Positions 41,384 through 50,870 of a stretch of DNA of 64,000 nucleotides are shown here, one piece after another. Numbering within the stretch: position 1 is the first letter of the stretch; each line of letters starts with the position of its first letter. Origin of the DNA: a bacterium (GTDB lineage Bacteria; Patescibacteriota; Patescibacteriia; Patescibacteriales; UBA12465); NCBI GenBank assembly GCA_035414245.1, contig DAONYH010000003.1:17630-81629 (forward strand), in the 5' to 3' direction. The notes under the pieces are model-generated. The model searched no databases and was not told where the DNA came from. It saw only the letters and a list, made by a program, of their open reading frames with translations. The position numbers and the translations under genes are program-made.

Positions 41384-44122
41384 ATGTCTAAAACAAAACC
41401 AAAACTACTAATAATTGATGGTAATGCGATAATTCACCGCAGTTTTCATGCTTTGCCACCAACTTTAAGAACTAAAGATGGAACCTTGGTAAATGCGGTC
41501 TATGGTTTTACCTCCTTTCTTTTAACTGCTCTTAATGAATTTCATCCTGAATATATTATTTTAGCTCTAGATAAAAAGGGGGCAACTTTCCGTCATGAAA
41601 CTTTTGCTGATTACAAGGCAACGCGTATCAAAGCGCCGGATGAATTATATGAACAAATTCCTTTGGTTAAACAAATTGCGCGCGTTTTTGCGATTCCAAT
41701 TTTTGAAAAAACCGGTTTTGAAGCGGATGATTTAATCGGCACTCTTTGTCTTCAAGCGGAAAAAGAAAAAAATTTAGAAACCATTATTATTACCGGCGAT
41801 CTTGATACTCTGCAACTCGTTAGTCATAAAACCAAGGTTTATACGACTAGTCGCGGTTTATCAGAAAGTGTTCTCTATGATGTAGAAAAAATTAAAACCC
41901 GCTTCAACTTAAACCCCAAACAAATTATTGACTTAAAAGCTTTGGCCGGCGATCAAAGTGATAATATTCCTGGCGCTAAAGGCATAGGTCTTAAAACCGC
42001 CACTGATCTCTTAGTTAATTTCAAAAATATTGAAGGTGTTTATCAAGCGGTTGATAAAAAAGATAAAAAAATAAAAGAACGTACCTTGGAATTATTAAAG
42101 GCCTCAAGAGATGATGTTTTCTTAAGCAAATCTTTGGCAACCATAAATTGCAACGCACCAATTGAACTGTCTTTAAAAGAAGCGGCTTTTGCGGGTTTTA
42201 ATTTAGATGAGATTTTAGAATTATTTAGAAAATTAGAATTTAGATCCTTGCTTGATAAAGCGAAATCTCTCAGAGATTATCACCAAAAAAAACAAAGTGA
42301 TAGCCTAGAAATTAAAGAACAAAAAATTAGCGCTAAAAAAGAAAAAAATGATTATCATTTTTTAAAAACAGAAAAAGAGTTTGCTAATTTTTTAAAGACA
42401 CTAAAGAAAAGAAAAGAATTTGCCATTAATTTAAAACTGGAGACCATTAATAATTTTGAAACATCCTTAACCGGCCTATCTTTTTCTTGGTTGAAAAATC
42501 AAGCATTTTTTGTTTTGGTGGATGATAAAAAAATAAAAGCTTTAAAACCGATTTTAGAAAACAAACAAATTCTAAAAACCGGCCACGATTTAAAAACCAC
42601 TTGGCAGGTCTTTAAAAATCTCAACATAGATTTTCAAGGATTAGGATTTGATGTAATGTTAGCCTCATATTTACTTAATCCGGGTGAAAGACGTCATGAT
42701 TTAGACGCGCTGGCTTTTTTAGAACTAGGAATAGACAAATTAACCAATAAAGATATTGCCCCAACCGATAAAACGCAATTAAGTTTTGACTTCTCAAAAC
42801 CTGACCAAGAAAAAATAGCTCTTTTAACTAACGAGGGGGCGGATTTAATTGGACAATTAAAAAAATCTTTGGAAAAAAAGTTAATTAATTTAAAACTCAA
42901 AGAAATTTTTACCACGATTGAGATGCCACTGATAAAAGTTTTGGCTAAAATGGAATACACAGGAATAAAAATTGATCTTGAACCAATTAAAAAATTCCAT
43001 AAAGAAGTAATTGCAAAAATAAAAAAATTAGAAACAGAAATTTATTTTTTAGCGGGCAAAAAATTTAATATTAATTCAACCAAACAACTAAAAGAAATTT
43101 TATTTATTGATTTGGAAATTCCCACTTTTGGCATTAAAAAAACTAAAACCGGTTTCTCTACTGCTGAAGAAGAACTGATAAAATTAAAAGATTTGCATCC
43201 CATAATTCCCTATTTGCAAGATTATCGTGAACTGACAAAATTAGAAACAACTTATTTGAGCGCGCTACCAAAAATTATTAATACGAAAACCGGAAAAATT
43301 CACACTCATTTTAATCAAGCTGTTACGGCTACTGGTCGTCTTTCTTCCAACGATCCGAATTTACAAAATATTCCCGCTCGTACCGAAGAGGGACGAAAAA
43401 TTAGAGAGGCCTTTGTGGCGGAAAAAGGGTTTAAATTACTTGGTCTGGATTATTCACAAATTGAATTACGTTTAGCAGCACACATGTCTCAAGATAAAAA
43501 CATGATTAAGGCTTTCAATGATGGCGAAGATATTCATGCGGCTACTGCAGCTAAAATAAACGACATTCCGCTTGAAAAAGTTTCTAAACAACAAAGACGT
43601 GAAGCTAAGGCAACAAACTTTGGTATTCTTTATGGACAAGGACCTCATGGCCTAAGTCAAGCAGCGGGCATTAATTTTTTTAATGCCAAGGAATTTATAA
43701 AAAAATATTTTGCTAGTTATCCTGGTATTAAAAAAATGGTTGATCATTTTATAAAAGAAGCAGAAAAAAATAATTACGCGATTACTCTTTTTGGTCGCAA
43801 ACGTCCTCTGCCGGATATCAATTCTAGTTTACCGATGGTGAAAAAAGCGGCAGAACGCATGGCTATAAACACTCCTATTCAAGGGACAGCAGCGGATTTG
43901 ATTAAGTTGGCGATGATAAAAATTGGTGATTTAATTGAGCCTAAAAGTGACGAGATTCATTTATTACTCCAAGTTCATGATGAATTAATTTTTGAAGTAA
44001 AAGAAGAAAAGTTGGATTACTATGCCAAAAAAATTAAAAAAGTAATGGAAGAAATTATGAAACTGAAAGTGCCAATTGTGGTTGATGTTTCATGGGGAAA
44101 AAATTGGGGTGAGTTAAAATAA
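41384..44122 (+). CDS. polA: DNA polymerase I (3'-5' exo domain appears degenerate)
   Basis: LIIDGN, EADDLIG, GDQSDNIPG, TATGRLSS, DYSQIELR, NFGILYG, QVHDEL. Confidence 0.97.
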   Translation: MSKTKPKLLIIDGNAIIHRSFHALPPTLRTKDGTLVNAVYGFTSFLLTALNEFHPEYIILALDKKGATFRHETFADYKATRIKAPDELYEQIPLVKQIARVFAIPIFEKTGFEADDLIGTLCLQAEKEKNLETIIITGDLDTLQLVSHKTKVYTTSRGLSESVLYDVEKIKTRFNLNPKQIIDLKALAGDQSDNIPGAKGIGLKTATDLLVNFKNIEGVYQAVDKKDKKIKERTLELLKASRDDVFLSKSLATINCNAPIELSLKEAAFAGFNLDEILELFRKLEFRSLLDKAKSLRDYHQKKQSDSLEIKEQKISAKKEKNDYHFLKTEKEFANFLKTLKKRKEFAINLKLETINNFETSLTGLSFSWLKNQAFFVLVDDKKIKALKPILENKQILKTGHDLKTTWQVFKNLNIDFQGLGFDVMLASYLLNPGERRHDLDALAFLELGIDKLTNKDIAPTDKTQLSFDFSKPDQEKIALLTNEGADLIGQLKKSLEKKLINLKLKEIFTTIEMPLIKVLAKMEYTGIKIDLEPIKKFHKEVIAKIKKLETEIYFLAGKKFNINSTKQLKEILFIDLEIPTFGIKKTKTGFSTAEEELIKLKDLHPIIPYLQDYRELTKLETTYLSALPKIINTKTGKIHTHFNQAVTATGRLSSNDPNLQNIPARTEEGRKIREAFVAEKGFKLLGLDYSQIELRLAAHMSQDKNMIKAFNDGEDIHAATAAKINDIPLEKVSKQQRREAKATNFGILYGQGPHGLSQAAGINFFNAKEFIKKYFASYPGIKKMVDHFIKEAEKNNYAITLFGRKRPLPDINSSLPMVKKAAERMAINTPIQGTAADLIKLAMIKIGDLIEPKSDEIHLLLQVHDELIFEVKEEKLDYYAKKIKKVMEEIMKLKVPIVVDVSWGKNWGELK

Positions 44123-44140
44123 ATATTTAATTTCAATATA

Positions 44141-45514
44141 ATGACAACTAAAAAACAAAAAACAAAAAATTCAAAAATTGCCTTATTGGGACTTGGACTT
44201 GATAACCTTGCTCTTTTAAATTTATTAGACAAGCATCGCGCTCCAGTTGAAATTACGGTTTGTGATTTTCGCGCCAAAGCACAACTGCCGATCATAAAAA
44301 CAAAAAACTTGAAAATAAATTATCGCCTTGGCGCTCAATTCAACCAAAATTTATCTGATTTTTCTTTACTTTTTCGCTCTCCGGGCTGGCCCATAGCCTG
44401 CCCCGGCATTCAAGCGGCCTTAAAAAATAAAAACACCAAGCTGAGCAGTCCACTAAATTTATTTTTTGAACTTTGTCCAAGTAAAAATATAATTGGCGTG
44501 ACTGGCACTAAAGGCAAAGGAACAACCGCTAGTTTAATTTTTAAAATTTTAGAAGCAAAAAATAAATTGACTAATAAAAAATCGCTTGTTAAACGCCAGG
44601 TCTTTTTAGGCGGAAACATTGGCGTTGCTCCGCTTTCATTTTTAGAAAAAATTAATCCCACTGACTTTGTTGTCTTGGAGTTATCTAGTTTTCAGTTAGA
44701 AGATTTAAAATATTCACCCAAAATTGCTGTAATCACCAATTTATTTAAAGAACATTTGGCGCCGGCTGACCCTAATAATCCGAATTATCATTCTTCATTA
44801 CAAAAATATTGGCAAGCTAAACTTAATATCGCTAAACACAAAGCTAATAAGTTTTTAGTAATCAACCAAAGTCTGAAAGCAAAAATAAAAAGCAGTAAAC
44901 TTGATACGAAAATTATTTTCTTTTCCGCTAATAATTTAAAATCAAAATTAAGTGGTGCTTACAATCAAGAAAATGTGGGCGCTGCGGTAGCTGTGGCGAA
45001 AATACTAAAAATTAAAACTTCAATTTATCAAAAAGTGATTGCTAATTTTTCTAATCTTGAACATCGTTTAGAATTAGTAAAGGAGACAAACAATATTAAA
45101 TATTTTGATAATAGTTTTTCCACTACTCCGGAAAGTACTATTTTGGATTTAAAATCTTTTCCTGAAACAATTATTCAGATTGCGGGTGGAGCTGACAAGG
45201 GCGCTGATTTTTCTGCTTTAGCAAAAACTATCAAACAAAAACAAGTTTTTTTAATTATGCTGCCGGGCAAAGGCTCTAATCGTATTATTAATGAATTGAC
45301 GAAAATTAATTTTCCCGCTAAAAATATTATCCGTGTTAATAATATGGAAGAAGCGGTTAAACTGGCACAAAAAAAAGCCAAACATATCCAAAAAGAAAAT
45401 CCAAAAACAAAAATTGTGGTTTTACTTTCAACCGCTTGCGCTAGTTTTGGAATTTTTAAAAACTACAAAGAAAGAGGCAATTTGTTTAAAGAGTATGTTA
45501 AAAAACATACTTAA
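44141..45514 (+). CDS. murD: UDP-N-acetylmuramoyl-L-alanine--D-glutamate ligase
   Basis: RSPG, GVTGTKGKGTT, GGNIG, ELSSFQL, EHRLE, GGADKG, LSTACASF, NYKERG. Confidence 0.92.
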   Translation: MTTKKQKTKNSKIALLGLGLDNLALLNLLDKHRAPVEITVCDFRAKAQLPIIKTKNLKINYRLGAQFNQNLSDFSLLFRSPGWPIACPGIQAALKNKNTKLSSPLNLFFELCPSKNIIGVTGTKGKGTTASLIFKILEAKNKLTNKKSLVKRQVFLGGNIGVAPLSFLEKINPTDFVVLELSSFQLEDLKYSPKIAVITNLFKEHLAPADPNNPNYHSSLQKYWQAKLNIAKHKANKFLVINQSLKAKIKSSKLDTKIIFFSANNLKSKLSGAYNQENVGAAVAVAKILKIKTSIYQKVIANFSNLEHRLELVKETNNIKYFDNSFSTTPESTILDLKSFPETIIQIAGGADKGADFSALAKTIKQKQVFLIMLPGKGSNRIINELTKINFPAKNIIRVNNMEEAVKLAQKKAKHIQKENPKTKIVVLLSTACASFGIFKNYKERGNLFKEYVKKHT

Positions 45515-45569
45515 AATATACTAAAAATATAAATAACTAAACGCACAGGACACTAAACGGTACTAAACT

Positions 45570-46538
45570 ATGATAATTTTTTTCTACGGTCCGGAGTCTT
45601 TCTTGAAAAAAAGAAAGCTCCAAGAATTAAAAGATAGATTTATTAAAGAAATCGATGTTGAATCGAATAGTTTAGAAGTGCTTGATGGACAAACGATTGA
45701 TTTAAAAACTTTAAACGAAAAAATTAATACTGGTTCTTTGTTTACTGCTAAGCGAATGATTATTATTAACCAAATTTTTAAAAATAAAAAGAGTAAAATT
45801 TTTTCTGAGCTAGCTACTTATTTAGCAAAAATCGCCAATGAAGATGATAAAATAATAGTTTTTGTTGATGATGAATTAAATACTAAAAAAACACCTCTGA
45901 CAACAGAGCAAAAAAAATTATTTAATTTTTTGGCAAAACAAAAATTCATTCAAGAATTTAAGCCCCTAACTAATGCGGGTTTAATGAATTTTATAAAAAA
46001 AGAAGCTAACAGTTATCATAAAGAAATAAGTCCTTCGGCCGCTTTAGAATTAATTAAAAAAACCGGATCTGATTTATGGCTTATTAGTCAGAGCATTAAA
46101 AAAGCCGCTTTAAGCCAAGAAGAAAAAATTATTTCCCTAGAAACAATAAACGCAACTGCTACCGAAATATTTAATGAAGATATTTTTTCTTTAACGGATG
46201 CGATTAGCGCTAAAAATAAAAAGTTAGCTTTAAAAATACTTGAAGAACAATATGCGGCTGGAAGTGGTGATGAATATTTATTAACAATATTAGTCAGGCA
46301 ATTTAAAAATTTACTGATGATAAAAGATGCTGTAGAAAATAAGGTAAAACCTGACCAAACAGCTAAACAACTCGGCCTTCATCCCTTTGTTGTTAAAAAA
46401 GGATTATTGCAAACACGTAATTTTAAAAAAGAAGAATTAAAATATTTCTTGAATCGTTTGCTTTTTTTAGATTACGCCAACAAGACTGGTCAAAGTGAAA
46501 TTAGAACGGAATTATCTCTATTAATCGCTCAAATTTAA
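45570..46538 (+). CDS. holA: DNA polymerase III delta subunit
   Basis: IFFYGPESF, SLFTAKRMII, DIFSLTDAI, LGLHPFVVKK, DYANKTG. Confidence 0.88.
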   Translation: MIIFFYGPESFLKKRKLQELKDRFIKEIDVESNSLEVLDGQTIDLKTLNEKINTGSLFTAKRMIIINQIFKNKKSKIFSELATYLAKIANEDDKIIVFVDDELNTKKTPLTTEQKKLFNFLAKQKFIQEFKPLTNAGLMNFIKKEANSYHKEISPSAALELIKKTGSDLWLISQSIKKAALSQEEKIISLETINATATEIFNEDIFSLTDAISAKNKKLALKILEEQYAAGSGDEYLLTILVRQFKNLLMIKDAVENKVKPDQTAKQLGLHPFVVKKGLLQTRNFKKEELKYFLNRLLFLDYANKTGQSEIRTELSLLIAQI

Positions 46539-46551
46539 TTTTATCTAACAC

Positions 46552-46580
46552 TTGCTTTTTTATTTAATGTCTGTTATATT
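46552..46580 (+). promoter_or_regulatory. Sigma70-type promoter for the four-tRNA cluster
   Basis: TTGCTT-17 nt-TATATT with an extended TG. Confidence 0.55.
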
Positions 46581-46629
46581 TTTACTCAGAATTTTAGCAA
46601 TGAAAAATTAGTTTTTTTATTTTAAAAAA

Positions 46630-46703
46630 GGGCAATTAGCTCAGTTGGTTAGAGCGCAACACTGATAATGTTGAGGTCGGAGGTTCGAATCCTCCATTGC
46701 CCA
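46630..46703 (+). tRNA. tRNA-Ile(GAT)
   Basis: GGGCAAT/ATTGCCC acceptor; CAACA-CTGATAA-TGTTG anticodon arm. Confidence 0.95.
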
Positions 46704-46759
46704 CTTTAACCGCCTTGGAGTGTAAATCACTTTTGAATCACTTTGAAGTGTGTTTGTGA

Positions 46760-46832
46760 CGCGGGATAGAGCAGTTGGCAGCTCGCCAGGCCCATAACCT
46801 GGAGGTCGTCGGTTCGAGTCCGACTCCCGCAA
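46760..46832 (+). tRNA. Initiator tRNA-fMet(CAT)
   Basis: C1xA72 mismatch, A11-U24, anticodon arm CCAGG-CCCATAA-CCTGG. Confidence 0.9.
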
Positions 46833-46863
46833 CTAATAAAACGATTGAAAATTAAAAATATAT

Positions 46864-46938
46864 GCCTCGGTAGCTCAGTGGTAGAGCAAAGGACTGAAAA
46901 TCCTTGTGTCGTCAGTTCGATTCTGACCCGAGGCACCA
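46864..46938 (+). tRNA. tRNA-Phe(GAA)
   Basis: GCCTCGG/CCGAGGC acceptor, AAGGA-CTGAAAA-TCCTT, encoded CCA. Confidence 0.96.
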
Positions 46939-46981
46939 AAATAAAAATAAGTTCGATTTTTTAACGAACTATTTTTATATA

Positions 46982-47059
46982 CGGGGTGTGGCCCAGTTGG
47001 TCTAAGGCGTCTGGTTTGGGACCAGAAGATCGTGAGTTCAAATCTCGCCACCCCGACCA
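46982..47059 (+). tRNA. tRNA-Pro(TGG)
   Basis: CGGGGTG/CACCCCG acceptor, TCTGG-TTTGGGA-CCAGA, encoded CCA. Confidence 0.96.
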
Positions 47060-47102
47060 AATAAAAAATCAAGTTTGGCCTTTAGCCACTTGATTTTTAT
47101 TT
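47059..47102 (+). terminator. Terminator after the tRNA cluster
   Basis: AATAAAAAATCAAGT-TGGC...GCCA-CTTGATTTTTTATT inverted repeat. Confidence 0.75.
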
Positions 47103-47184
47103 ATTATTATGATACTCTCGTTCTAGTGAGCCTGAGGGCTCTCTTCTTAATAATTAATTAAAAATTGTTAAATTTTAACCCCTT

Positions 47185-47445
47185 ATGCCAAATAAGAAGT
47201 CTGCGGAAAAAGAATTACGCAAAAATATTAAAAGAAAAGCAGCTAATAAAACCTTTGCTGACAAATTAAAAGCAACTGTTAAGGCTAATATTAAACAAAT
47301 TAACGCTGGTGATAAAAGTGTAATTGAAAAAATACCTTTAACCATTAAAGCGATTGATAAGGCGGCTAAAAAAGGTGTTATTAAAAAAAATACCGCTAGC
47401 CGTAAAAAATCTCGCTTAATGAAACGCATTAATTCCCTGAAATAA
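47185..47445 (+). CDS. rpsT: 30S ribosomal protein S20
   Basis: MPNKKSAEKELR...IDKAAKKGVIKKNTASRKKSRL. Confidence 0.96.
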   Translation: MPNKKSAEKELRKNIKRKAANKTFADKLKATVKANIKQINAGDKSVIEKIPLTIKAIDKAAKKGVIKKNTASRKKSRLMKRINSLK

Positions 47446-47530
47446 TTTTTTTAATTCCTTAAAATAAATTTAATAAGTCACTCTTTCTTGGATACGGATT
47501 GGAACCCGTTTCTCGGTTAGAAGTAAATCT

Positions 47531-47896
47531 ATGTTAGATAAAAAAATCAAAGAAAAAATCATTAAAAAATTTCGTGTGCATGACACCGACACTGGTTCTT
47601 CGCAAGTTCAAATTGCTATTTTGACCGAAGAAATTAAACAGTTAACCGACCATTTAAAAAAACATAAACATGACTTCTCTTCTCGTCGTGGTTTGCTTAA
47701 AAAAGTGGGCGAGAGACGAAAATTATTAAAATACTTACAAAAAGAAAGCGCTGAACAATTTAAAGATTTGGCTGATAAACTAAAATTAAAAATAGCGCAA
47801 AAATTAGAAGAAGAGGAAGAAGAGGAAAAGAAAAAAGAAAAGAAATATATTAATCCTGATGAAGCTGAAGAAATTAAAGAAGATGAGTTAGAATAA
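47531..47896 (+). CDS. rpsO: 30S ribosomal protein S15 with acidic C-terminal extension
   Basis: [38 protein letters not shown]. Confidence 0.96.
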   Translation: MLDKKIKEKIIKKFRVHDTDTGSSQVQIAILTEEIKQLTDHLKKHKHDFSSRRGLLKKVGERRKLLKYLQKESAEQFKDLADKLKLKIAQKLEEEEEEEKKKEKKYINPDEAEEIKEDELE

Positions 47897-47901
47897 TAAT
47901 T

Positions 47902-48429
47902 ATGATAAAACATACCGAACAACGAGTGGGAATTTTAGTGGATGTTTCTAATATGTATCATTCCGCTAAAAATCTCTATGGACGAAAAGTGAATTTTAAA
48001 GAAATCTTACTAAAAGCAGTGGCTAACCGTAAGCTTATTCGGGCCACTGCTTATGCTATAAAGACCGAAAATCAAGAAGAGCTTCCCTTCACAGAGGCCT
48101 TAGAACAACAAGGATTTGAGGTCAAAATGAAAGATCTGCAAATTTTTGCCGGCGGCGTGAAAAAAGCTGACTGGGATGTTGGCATTGCTATTGATGCGAT
48201 TAAGCTAGCTGACAAGTTAGACGTGATTGTGCTTGTTTCTGGTGACGGAGATTATGTGCCTTTAGTTTCCTATCTGCAAAACAATAAAGGTTGCTTAGTT
48301 GAAATTATGGCTTTTAGAAAAACCTGTTCTGCAAAATTAATTGAGGAAGCAGATGATTTTATTGATCTTAGTTCTAGTCGTAAATTTTTGATTTATTCTA
48401 AATCTAAAGTAAACAAAACAAAAAAATAA
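47902..48429 (+). CDS. NYN-domain (LabA/DUF88, PIN-like) protein
   Basis: LVDVSNMY, KADWDVGIAID, LVSGDGDYVP, ADDFIDL. Confidence 0.9.
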   Translation: MIKHTEQRVGILVDVSNMYHSAKNLYGRKVNFKEILLKAVANRKLIRATAYAIKTENQEELPFTEALEQQGFEVKMKDLQIFAGGVKKADWDVGIAIDAIKLADKLDVIVLVSGDGDYVPLVSYLQNNKGCLVEIMAFRKTCSAKLIEEADDFIDLSSSRKFLIYSKSKVNKTKK

Positions 48430-48450
48430 TTAAAATATTAATAATTAATA

Positions 48451-48511
48451 GCCTGACCGGTAAATAGATAGTGCTGTAATAATTTACAGTCCTGTAATTT
48501 AGCGGCCAGGC
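48451..48511 (+). promoter_or_regulatory. Structured 5' leader of pnp
   Basis: GCCTGACCG/CGGCCAGGC outer stem, TAAAT/ATTTA, inner CTGTAA/TTACAG hairpin; ends 12 nt before the ATG. Confidence 0.5.
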
Positions 48512-48523
48512 ACTAACAAACTT

Positions 48524-50794
48524 ATGGAAAAAATATTTAAAGCGGAGTGGCTTGGTCGCCCTCTCATTATCAAAACCGGAAAGGTTGCCAAACAAGCCGA
48601 TGCGGCGGTTTGGGTTCAATACGGTGAAACAGTTGTGCAAGCAACGGTTGTTCAAGCTAAAACTGAAAGAGAAGGAATTGATTTCTTTCCCCTAATGGTT
48701 GAGTTTGAGGAAAAACTTTACGCAGCAGGTATTATTAAAGGTTCGCGCTGGGTAAAACGCGAAGGTCGTCCAACTGATCAATCAATTTTAACTGGACGCA
48801 TGATTGATCGTTCAATCAGACCTTTATTTGGCAAAGAAGATAATCGTGACGTTCAAGTTATTATTACGGTGTTAGCGCTTGATCAAGAAAATGATTATGA
48901 CATTGTTTCTTTGTTGGCTGCTTCAGCTGCCCTATCAATTGCCGGTCTTGATTGGCAAGGACCGATTGGCGGAATTAGAGTTGGTTTGATTGAAGATAAA
49001 TTTATCTTTAATCCAACTTATGAAGAACAAACTAAAAGCGCGCTTGATTTAATTGTGGCGGGAACAGAAAAAAAAGTGATTATGATTGAAGCAGGAGCTA
49101 ATGAAGTTCAAGAAGATATAATGTTGCAAGCGATTATGGCTGGTCAAAAAGAAATGCAAGGAGCAATTAATTTAATCAAAGAATTACAAGCTGGAGTTGA
49201 AATTAAAAAAACTCCTCGTTTAGTAGCGGAAAAAACCGCTACTGAACTGGAAGCTGACCAAGAAAAAGAAAATCTCTTAAACTTAGGGAAGGCTTGGTTG
49301 GAAAAAAATATCAAAAATATTTTATTTGATAAAATTTACTATACAAAAGGCGAACGCAAAGCCGCTGTTTCCGCTATTAAAGAAGGTTTAGATGCTCATT
49401 TAAGTCAAGAAGGTTTGAGTACGGAAAAGCGTAATTTTATCATTAATAAATTAGTTGAAAAAATGGTAGAAGCAGAAGTAACACGTGCTATCATTGAAGA
49501 AAAAAAACGTGTTGATGGTCGTGCTCTAGATGAAATTAGAAATCTAAGCGCGGAAGTAGCAATTTTGCCTCGCGATCATGGTACTTCTCTTTTTTCACGC
49601 GGCGAAACTCAGGTGATGTCGATAGTCACTTTAGGCGCTCCCGGTTTAGAACAGTCTTTAGAAGGAATTGAAGGACAAAGCAAAAAAAGATTCATGCATC
49701 ATTATAATTTTCCTCCTTACTGTGTTGGTGAGGCCTCTCCTCTACGTGGGACAGGTCGTCGTGAAATCGGTCATGGTGCTTTAGCGGAAAAAGCTTTACT
49801 CCCAGTTATTCCAAACAAAGAAGAGTTTGCTTACGCAATCCGAGTAGTTAGTGAAACCATGGGTTCTAATGGTTCTTCATCCATGGCTTCCACTTGCGCC
49901 ACTACTTTAGCTTTAATGGATGCTGGCGTGCCAATCAAAAAACCGGTAGCGGGGATTGCCATGGGTCTTGCCTCCAATGCTGACATGAGTCGCTATGAAG
50001 TTTTAACTGATATTCAAGACCTAGAAGATGGCGAAGGCGGAATGGACTTTAAAATTACTGGAACTGATGCTGGTCTAACCGCTATCCAACTTGATACTAA
50101 AACTAATGGTTTAACTGAAGAAATAATTGCTAAAACTTTAACTCAAGGCAGAGCGGCTCTAAATCAAATTCTTCAAGTCATCACTGCTGCCCTTCCTGCT
50201 CCCCGAGCCGAGTTATCTAAATATGCGCCCCGCATTATCAGTTTTCATGTTGATCCGGAAAAAATCGGTTCAATTATTGGACCTGGAGGAAAAGTTATTA
50301 ATAAAATAATTGATGAGACCGGTGTTAGTATTGATATTGAAGATGATGGTTTAGTAATCATTTGTGGCGCTAACGTGGAAATGGTTGAAGAGGCTGTTCG
50401 CCAAGTGAAAGATATTGTTCATGTCTTTACGGTTGATGAAGTAATAAAAGGCAAGGTGGTAAGACTTTTGGACTTCGGCGCCTTTGTTGCTTTAAATGCT
50501 AATCAAGATGGTATGATTCATGTTAGTGAATTAGCTCCCTATCGCATTGATAAACCAGGCGACTTCCTTAGCATAGGTGATGAAGTAACAGTTAGAATTA
50601 AGGAAATTGATGAACAAGGTAGAATTAACTTAACCATGAAAAATTTAGCAGAAAACGCTCATCTTTACAAAGATGAAAGAGGTAAATCAAGCGGTCAAGC
50701 TAATTCGGGTGGTTTTGGTCGTTCTAGTCGATTTAATAATAATCGCTTGGGTGGTTCTCGCGGTGGCTTTAGAAGACAAATTAATAATAAATAA
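48524..50794 (+). CDS. pnp: Polyribonucleotide nucleotidyltransferase (PNPase)
   Basis: DFFPL, RMIDRSIRPLF, RREIGHGALAE, SNGSSSMAS, TDIQDLED..GGMDFK, KH and S1 domains. Confidence 0.98.
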   Translation: MEKIFKAEWLGRPLIIKTGKVAKQADAAVWVQYGETVVQATVVQAKTEREGIDFFPLMVEFEEKLYAAGIIKGSRWVKREGRPTDQSILTGRMIDRSIRPLFGKEDNRDVQVIITVLALDQENDYDIVSLLAASAALSIAGLDWQGPIGGIRVGLIEDKFIFNPTYEEQTKSALDLIVAGTEKKVIMIEAGANEVQEDIMLQAIMAGQKEMQGAINLIKELQAGVEIKKTPRLVAEKTATELEADQEKENLLNLGKAWLEKNIKNILFDKIYYTKGERKAAVSAIKEGLDAHLSQEGLSTEKRNFIINKLVEKMVEAEVTRAIIEEKKRVDGRALDEIRNLSAEVAILPRDHGTSLFSRGETQVMSIVTLGAPGLEQSLEGIEGQSKKRFMHHYNFPPYCVGEASPLRGTGRREIGHGALAEKALLPVIPNKEEFAYAIRVVSETMGSNGSSSMASTCATTLALMDAGVPIKKPVAGIAMGLASNADMSRYEVLTDIQDLEDGEGGMDFKITGTDAGLTAIQLDTKTNGLTEEIIAKTLTQGRAALNQILQVITAALPAPRAELSKYAPRIISFHVDPEKIGSIIGPGGKVINKIIDETGVSIDIEDDGLVIICGANVEMVEEAVRQVKDIVHVFTVDEVIKGKVVRLLDFGAFVALNANQDGMIHVSELAPYRIDKPGDFLSIGDEVTVRIKEIDEQGRINLTMKNLAENAHLYKDERGKSSGQANSGGFGRSSRFNNNRLGGSRGGFRRQINNK

Positions 50795-50811
50795 TAGAGA
50801 AAGGCTAAATC

Positions 50812-50840
50812 TTGACTTTTACTCAATATTTAGCTATTAT
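50812..50840 (+). promoter_or_regulatory. Sigma70-type promoter for rpsP
   Basis: TTGACT-17 nt-TATTAT. Confidence 0.6.
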
Positions 50841-50870
50841 TTCTCAATATAAATTAATTCAGAAAATACT

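Noticed and set aside
46641-47072. Three minus-strand ORFs (63-70 aa) in the ORF track
   Set aside because: Antisense shadows of the tRNA-Ile/fMet/Phe/Pro genes.
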